NCBI GenBank assembly: GCA_965216875.1
Contig: OZ244207.1
Span: forward strand, 992,001-1,056,000
From: Rubripirellula sp.
GTDB lineage: Bacteria > Planctomycetota > Planctomycetia > Pirellulales > Pirellulaceae
Length of the DNA stretch: 64,000 nt
Direction of reading: 5' to 3'
In this document: in pieces, positions 58,110 through 64,000 of the stretch
How positions within the stretch are numbered: position 1 is the stretch's first letter
Layout: every line of letters begins with the position of its first letter
The notes under the pieces: generated by a model
The model's input: only the letters and a program-made list of their open reading frames with translations
The model's database searches: none
What the model was told of the DNA's origin: nothing
Made by a program: the position numbers and the translations under genes

Positions 58110-60035
58110 CTACTCGTCGTTTCGGCTCAGGTCTTTGACGGACTCGACGAGTGCAATGACGTGTTCGACGGGGGTTTCTTTCAAGACGCCGTGGCCGAGA
58201 TTGAAGATGTGGCCGGGCCGTCCGGCAACCGATTTGAGTAGTTTGTCGGCCGCGTCACGAATGACTTCGGGTTCGGCTAGCAAGACGGCAGGGTCGAGGT
58301 TTCCTTGTACCGAACAATCGTGGCCAATCCTCTGCCAAGCAACGTCGAGAGGGATTCTCCAATCGACACCCACGACGGTGCGTCGATCACCACGCAGCAG
58401 CGGCAATAATTCCGGGTTTCCCGTCGCGAAGTTGATCACGGGGACGCCCGGTGTGATGCCGGCAATGATTTGCTTCATCCAAGGCAACACGTGCTCGGTG
58501 TAGTCAGCTGGCGACAGGCAACCGGCCCAGCTGTCAAAGATCTGGACACACTGAGCACCCGCGGCGATCTGATGATTGAGGTAGATCGTGATCGTTGCGG
58601 ACAAGCGATCCATGAGGGCGTGCCACGCGCCACCGTCGGCGTGCATCAGTTTTTTAGTGTTCGTGTATTGGCGGCTGCCGCCTCCTTCGATGGCATAGCT
58701 TGCCAGAGTAAATGGCGCGCCGGCAAAGCCGATCACCGGAATGTCTTCAGGCAAATCGGCTCGCGTCTGTCGAACCGTTTCAAAGACGAAATCGAGTTCA
58801 CTGTGGTCGTGTAGATCCTTGACGCGATCAATGTCGTCAAACGAGCGAATCGGGTTATGGATCACAGGTCCGTCGCCCGCAACGAATTCCAAGTCGAAAC
58901 CCATCGGCACGAGGATCGGGAGCAGGTCGGAAAAGATAATTGCAGCATCGACGCCAAGTCGGTCGACGGCGGTGCACATCACTTCGCTACACAGTTTCGG
59001 ATTTCGACAGAGTTCGAGGAACGATTGTTTCGCTCGAACCTCTCGGTACTCGGCCATGTAACGTCCTGCTTGACGCATCAACCAGATCGGTGTCCGCTCG
59101 GTGGCTTCACCGCGGCAGGCTCGGATAAACAAACTGTCGTTGGATGGGTGGTCAGACACAGTATTGGGAGTCGATGGGCTCGAAACTTGTAAGCGTTGTT
59201 TGGCCGCCACCATTGACCCGCAGCGTTTGGCAGATTCGGTGACGAGGTGCCCCATCTTGGGATGGGTGGGTTCCATGTCAACGTGGATGTCACACTCTTC
59301 CAACATTTGACTTGTGGTCGGTCCGATCGATGCAATGACCGTTCGGTGCAAACCGGCACGCAACTGATCGACCATGTTGAGTCGTTCAGCCATGCGCAAC
59401 ATGTTGACGACTTGATGGGCACTGGTAAGAAGTAGTACGTCGCGTTGACCCGCGGCCAGTGCGCGTACGTTTTGTTCCAGCGGGTCGGTGTCTTCAGGGA
59501 ATTCCCAGCCGTAAACGCGGACCGATTCGACCGTCGCGCCGCGCGCTTCCAAGCCGGCTACGAGCGAGGCGTTAGTGACACCGTATTCTTGCAGTCCGAC
59601 TGTTTGATTGGCGACCGGAACGAATTCGTCGATCGTTTGCAGTAGTTCACGCCAAGTGTTCGGTTCGGGCACCTTATAGGATGGCGTCACCCCGACCTCA
59701 CGCATGGCCGCAGCCGGCTTGGGACCGCGACACACAGTGATGATGTCTGAGAGCGAATCGAGAAACCGCTGCTTGTCCATGTGCGGTTCGATGGCACGAA
59801 GCAGGTATCGGAAGCCGACGCCCGTCATCAGGATCACGACGCTGACGTGGCCCGTCATCAAGCGATAGGCAAAGTCGATCGCGGGCCGGTTGGGTTCGAT
59901 GGGGACCTCGCGCATCGAAGGACTGACGTGCGCGGCACCGCCAAACTTTTGGATCATCCGTTCCATGTCGGCCGCGCGGCGGCTTTCCAATGAGGCGATT
60001 CGTAGTCCGTCAAAATCAGCTTCCGGCTGTGCCAT
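58110..60035 (-). CDS. hemE: Fused uroporphyrinogen-III synthase (HemD) / uroporphyrinogen decarboxylase (HemE)
   Basis: HemD ESRR, RGPKP, SIGPTT; HemE PIWLMRQAGRYMAEY, IIFSDLL, QGNLDP, FNLGHG. Confidence 0.94.
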   Translation of the reverse strand: MAQPEADFDGLRIASLESRRAADMERMIQKFGGAAHVSPSMREVPIEPNRPAIDFAYRLMTGHVSVVILMTGVGFRYLLRAIEPHMDKQRFLDSLSDIITVCRGPKPAAAMREVGVTPSYKVPEPNTWRELLQTIDEFVPVANQTVGLQEYGVTNASLVAGLEARGATVESVRVYGWEFPEDTDPLEQNVRALAAGQRDVLLLTSAHQVVNMLRMAERLNMVDQLRAGLHRTVIASIGPTTSQMLEECDIHVDMEPTHPKMGHLVTESAKRCGSMVAAKQRLQVSSPSTPNTVSDHPSNDSLFIRACRGEATERTPIWLMRQAGRYMAEYREVRAKQSFLELCRNPKLCSEVMCTAVDRLGVDAAIIFSDLLPILVPMGFDLEFVAGDGPVIHNPIRSFDDIDRVKDLHDHSELDFVFETVRQTRADLPEDIPVIGFAGAPFTLASYAIEGGGSRQYTNTKKLMHADGGAWHALMDRLSATITIYLNHQIAAGAQCVQIFDSWAGCLSPADYTEHVLPWMKQIIAGITPGVPVINFATGNPELLPLLRGDRRTVVGVDWRIPLDVAWQRIGHDCSVQGNLDPAVLLAEPEVIRDAADKLLKSVAGRPGHIFNLGHGVLKETPVEHVIALVESVKDLSRNDE

Positions 60036-60197
60036 CGTCGCAGCAAACTCTCAGATACCGGGGGGTGGGCATTCAATTTGCCTCCGTGACTCGGGTCGAG
60101 CCGACTCAGGTCAGCGGGGCATTTCTCAAAGGACGTTCTCGTCGGGGCTTCGATTCCTCGACGACGTGTCATTGTAGGGAATTGTTGCGAAGTTACG

Positions 60198-60908
60198 ATG
60201 AGTCCAAATTGTGCTCAAAAGCGATCGATTCAATCCAAGCCCTACTCTAGCCCCCGTTTACCTGTGCCCCGCAGTCCCGTCAAAGCACCGCCGTCCGATC
60301 TCGATTTGACTCGCTATCTGCGAACCATCCCACAGTTGCCCGAACAACTGAGTAGCCAGTCACTTTTTGGCAATGATCGTCCACTTGAAGTCGAAGTCGG
60401 TTCGGGCAAAGGGCTCTTCCTGTCAGCGACCGCCCCGGCCAATCCCAAGCACAATTTTCTCGGGATTGAGATCATGGCCAAGTATGCGACGCATTCGGCG
60501 GGTCGGATCGCAAAGACGGGCGTCGATAATGCGATGATGATTTCTGGGGACGCTGGCCCGCTGTTTGACGATAGGATCGGCGACGACAGCTTGGAGGCGG
60601 TGCACGTCTACTTTCCCGATCCTTGGTGGAAAAAGCGGCATCGAAAGCGTCGCGTTGTGAACGAAAAAAGCGTGCGTCACTTTTCACGCGTGATCCGAAG
60701 CGGCGGACGGTTTCATTTCTGGACCGACGTGCTCGACTACTTCGAAAACACCGTCGAGATGATCGCCGAGATTGCCCCGGAGTTTGGTGTGCCGATCCCC
60801 GAAGAAGAAATCGAAGCGACCCACGAACTCGACTACCGAACGCACTTTGAGCGGCGCAGCCGGCAACACAACATTCCCGTCTACCGCGTGCGCTACGAAC
60901 GGGCCTAG
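60198..60908 (+). CDS. trmB: tRNA (guanine-N7)-methyltransferase; start may be GTG 60264
   Basis: EVGSGKG, FLGIE, YFPDPWWKKRHRKRR, TDV, THFE. Confidence 0.94.
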   Translation: MSPNCAQKRSIQSKPYSSPRLPVPRSPVKAPPSDLDLTRYLRTIPQLPEQLSSQSLFGNDRPLEVEVGSGKGLFLSATAPANPKHNFLGIEIMAKYATHSAGRIAKTGVDNAMMISGDAGPLFDDRIGDDSLEAVHVYFPDPWWKKRHRKRRVVNEKSVRHFSRVIRSGGRFHFWTDVLDYFENTVEMIAEIAPEFGVPIPEEEIEATHELDYRTHFERRSRQHNIPVYRVRYERA

Positions 60909-60919
60909 CGATCCGTTTT

Positions 60920-61160
60920 GTGAGCCGTACGCGCAAGCGTCGGGCCCTTCGAGTTGCGTGAGAGATGGCAAGGCCCGACGCTAGCGCGTTCGGCTCACGG
61001 GGGCGGTTCGTAGTACCGTCTTTAGACGGAATCTTTAGGCCCTTCCGCGCGTTCGGTCCACGAGTATGAGCGCGGGACAAGACACCTGCGTGCTCGGATT
61101 AGGGGCGGGGACGCGGAGCGTCCGAAGAGTGCGTTACCACGCCGGAGCGTGGTAACGAGG
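60920..61160. repeat. REP mosaic (family C doublet, half family A, GACGCGGAGCGTC-type element)
   Basis: Palindromes shared with 33783 and 33711. Confidence 0.7.
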
Positions 61161-61174
61161 ACAGAGGACACGAT

Positions 61175-62923
61175 TCATTTCGCTGGTTTGGGAACGACCC
61201 CTTTCGCAGTTCGATCACCGACGACGAAATAGCCCAGCGGGTTGTCGGTTTGATCGGCGATCATCCAGACCGCTCCTGGGCGTGTTGATTGCCGCTTGCG
61301 CCAGCCCGCTTCGAGTGTTCCGTACGGCCGCGGCTTGCCGCTGCGGTCCATCCAATAGACTTTCACCCCTTGTTGCCGCTCGTTGATCAAAACGATCTCG
61401 AATTTGTTTCCGTCGGGCCGCGAAGGCGGAACGTTTCCCTTGTTGATCGTTCGAAACTCGAGTGTCGCGAGTGCTTTGTCGCTTGGTGCGACGAAAGGCT
61501 TGAACGAGGTCGGAGCCACATCCCGAAAGTGTTGTAGACGTGCGGCATGTTCGGAAGCACCAGCAAGGTTGTTCCATTCGTACCGGTCCCGCAGGACGTT
61601 GTAGAGTTCTTCGCCACCGTCGTCGTAGCGGATGTAACGCCAATCTTTGCCGCTGATGCTGTAGTTGCCGGGGCGATTGAGGTGGGTGACGGAAGGATGC
61701 GGCCAATCCGCGTTTGCGTTTTGCAGCAGTGGCAAAAGACTCGGCCCGTCATGAACCTTTCTCGCGGGCAATCCAGCCAGTTCGGCCAGTGTCGGAAAGA
61801 GACTGAGCAGGTTGACGGGCTGGTCACATCGGGTGCCACTTTGAGTACCGGCGGGCAAACCCGGCGTCTGTTTGGGGACACGGACGATTAGCGGAACACG
61901 CGTGCAAACTCGCCAGCCGGTGTACTTTTGCCAGTGTTGCTTTTCGCCCAAATGCCATCCGTGATCGCTCCACAACACGACGATCGTGTTGTCGCGATTG
62001 GGGCCTGATTCGAGCGCATCCAAGACGCGCCCAATCATCGCATCGGCGAATGAGATGGAGGCGAGGTAACCTTGGATCGCCTGTCGCCATTGGCCGTGAT
62101 TGCGAATGTGGGCAAAGTACCGATTGGCGCCGCGGCGTTTTCCTGCGGTCGGCAAATCGTCCAGGTCGCCCTCGAGATACCCGGGTGGCAACTTGATTTC
62201 GTCGATTGGGAACGCATCAAAGTACTTTTGCGGGACAAACCATGGCTCGTGGGGCCGGTAGATGCCGCAGGCTAAAAAGAATGGTTTGTCATGCTGGCGA
62301 CTCAGTTGTTTACCAACCCAGTCCGAGACCAAATAATCGCCGCCGAATTCTTCGTCCGTTGCATCCAGTGCGGCCCAGTCCGTTTCGATGTATTGCCATG
62401 GCCCACCGCGCGGAAGGTTGACGGGGCGTTGCTTGGGGTACAGCGTGCGCGGAAACGGGTCTTCGGTCTCTTTGGACGGATAGTACTCGTCCCAGGATTG
62501 CGCGTCGATGAAGTAGTGCAGGATCTTTCCCGAGCCGGCTGACCAGTAACCCTGGCGCGAAAAGAACTTTGGCATCAGCTCGGCGCCGGGCAGGATTTCA
62601 CGCATCGATTGGCGATTGTCGTAAACCCCCGAAACGTGCGGAGAGATGCCCGTCATGATTGCAGTGCGCGACGGATTACAAGCGGGAGCGGGGCAGTGCG
62701 CGTTGGTGAAGAGGACACCACTCTCGGCCAGCCGATCGATATTGGGTGTTCGCGTTTGTGGATGACCGCCCATGCACCCAATCCAGTCGTTCAAGTCATC
62801 AACCGAGATGAACAAGATGTTGGGCGCCCGGTGCGCCGTCGGGCTTTCAGCGCTGCTGGGCGTTTGGAAGAGAAGTCCGACCGAGAGAATTGCGGCAGCG
62901 CAAATGAGTTTGGATCGGGGCAT
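61175..62923 (-). CDS. Sulfatase (iduronate/choline-sulfatase-like) with C-terminal VHL beta-like domain
   Basis: DDLNDW, CNPSRT, SDHGWHLGEK; C-terminal IN....VKVYWMD..G..YGTL..G....T.PG.VW. Confidence 0.9.
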   Translation of the reverse strand: MPRSKLICAAAILSVGLLFQTPSSAESPTAHRAPNILFISVDDLNDWIGCMGGHPQTRTPNIDRLAESGVLFTNAHCPAPACNPSRTAIMTGISPHVSGVYDNRQSMREILPGAELMPKFFSRQGYWSAGSGKILHYFIDAQSWDEYYPSKETEDPFPRTLYPKQRPVNLPRGGPWQYIETDWAALDATDEEFGGDYLVSDWVGKQLSRQHDKPFFLACGIYRPHEPWFVPQKYFDAFPIDEIKLPPGYLEGDLDDLPTAGKRRGANRYFAHIRNHGQWRQAIQGYLASISFADAMIGRVLDALESGPNRDNTIVVLWSDHGWHLGEKQHWQKYTGWRVCTRVPLIVRVPKQTPGLPAGTQSGTRCDQPVNLLSLFPTLAELAGLPARKVHDGPSLLPLLQNANADWPHPSVTHLNRPGNYSISGKDWRYIRYDDGGEELYNVLRDRYEWNNLAGASEHAARLQHFRDVAPTSFKPFVAPSDKALATLEFRTINKGNVPPSRPDGNKFEIVLINERQQGVKVYWMDRSGKPRPYGTLEAGWRKRQSTRPGAVWMIADQTDNPLGYFVVGDRTAKGVVPKPAK

Positions 62924-63084
62924 CTTAAGCTTGCATGGTGAGGTGTGGTGGGCCGTCGCATTATAGACCAGCGTCTGCCGTGAAATGAGCGACTCGTTGC
63001 GATGCAGCCTGATTGCACATCGGTGCCCGACGATTGTGTTACATTTTTAGCCCCACCCCATTCCTTCTCGGCATCTTTGCAGCG

Positions 63085-64000
63085 ATGTTTGTCTTTGACG
63101 CCCACCTCGATCTCAGCCTCAATGCGCTCGAGTACAACCGCGATTTGCGGATGACGATCGAGGCGATTCGCGCTGACGAAGAGGGCATGGACGATTTAGC
63201 GGGACGTGGCAAAGGAACCGTTTCCTTCCCCGAGATGCGGAAAGCAGGAGTTGGACTCTGCGTCGCGACGCAACTTGCCGGCTGTATGAAACCACCCGGA
63301 CCGGTCGGCGCGTGGAATTCCCCCGATCAAGCGTGGGCGATGACGCAGGGGCAATTGGCTTGGTACCGCGCGATGGAAGCGGACGGCCAACTGCGCCCGA
63401 TTCGCAATGAAACGGAGTTAAGCGAGCATCTTTCAAATTGGAAGGCGTCGCCTGAATCGACACCGATCGGCTACATCCTGAGTCTCGAAGGAGCCGATTC
63501 GCTGAGAACGCTCGATGACCTGCAGGAGTCCTATGATCAAGGTCTGAGGGCGCTTGGGCCGGCGCATTACGGGATCGGCAGGTATGCGCTCGGACACGAC
63601 AAACAAGGTGGTGTCACTCAAGCCGGCCGCGAGCTGCTTGCCGAAATGGATCGGTTGAACCTGATCCTCGATGCGACTCACTTGGCCGAGCAAACGTTTT
63701 GGGACGCCCTCGAGCTGCACGCAGGGCCCGTCTGGGCAAGTCACCATAATTGTCGAGCCATCGTGGATGACCCGCGACAACTCGCGGATGATCAAATCAA
63801 GGCGCTCGCCGCCCGCGATGCCGTAATCGGCGTTGCGTTGGATGTGTGGATGGTCGCCCCCGGCTGGGTGCGCAAAAAGACAACGCACCCGCATCACCCC
63901 AATGCAAACTTGCAAACACTGGCCGATCATGTGGACCACGTCTGCCAACTGCTCGGTACAACAGAACATACGGGGATTGGAACCGATCTCGATGGTGGAT
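63085..64000 (+). CDS. Membrane dipeptidase (M19), runs off the window end
   Basis: Read directly: MFVFDAHLDLSLNA, LSLEGAD, DATH, ASHHN, GIGTDLDGG. Confidence 0.9.
   Translation, partial: MFVFDAHLDLSLNALEYNRDLRMTIEAIRADEEGMDDLAGRGKGTVSFPEMRKAGVGLCVATQLAGCMKPPGPVGAWNSPDQAWAMTQGQLAWYRAMEADGQLRPIRNETELSEHLSNWKASPESTPIGYILSLEGADSLRTLDDLQESYDQGLRALGPAHYGIGRYALGHDKQGGVTQAGRELLAEMDRLNLILDATHLAEQTFWDALELHAGPVWASHHNCRAIVDDPRQLADDQIKALAARDAVIGVALDVWMVAPGWVRKKTTHPHHPNANLQTLADHVDHVCQLLGTTEHTGIGTDLDGG

Noticed and set aside
60141..60165. GGGGCTTCGATTCCTC T-loop-like hairpin between hemE and trmB
   Set aside because: No acceptor, D or anticodon arms could be built.

Overview
This is chromosomal DNA from a Planctomycete, most likely Pirellulaceae. 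The signs are three DUF1552/DUF1592 cytochrome-c operons, several sulfatases, an ECF sigma/FecR pair, a fused hemD-hemE and several REP-like palindrome families. Most of the window is secreted glycan, sulfate and phosphate-scavenging enzymes plus housekeeping genes (rsmH, trmB, hemD/E). About 17-28.5 kb looks like a decayed island anchored at tRNA-Pro(GGG). It holds a truncated tyrosine integrase, a soluble PAS-MCP, an orphan ECF pair, gene fragments, micro-ORFs and a repeated family of minus-strand RNA hairpins. The most unusual element, missed by the ORF track, lies at 52.86-53.24 kb on the minus strand. There a putative ECF promoter, a 28-codon leader peptide and an intrinsic terminator precede a stand-alone non-canonical tRNA-Leu(GAG) with a short variable region and A37, i.e. 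a tRNA gene apparently under attenuation control. All calls come from reading the sequence by eye; no searches were run. Start codons that differ from the ORF track are my estimates.
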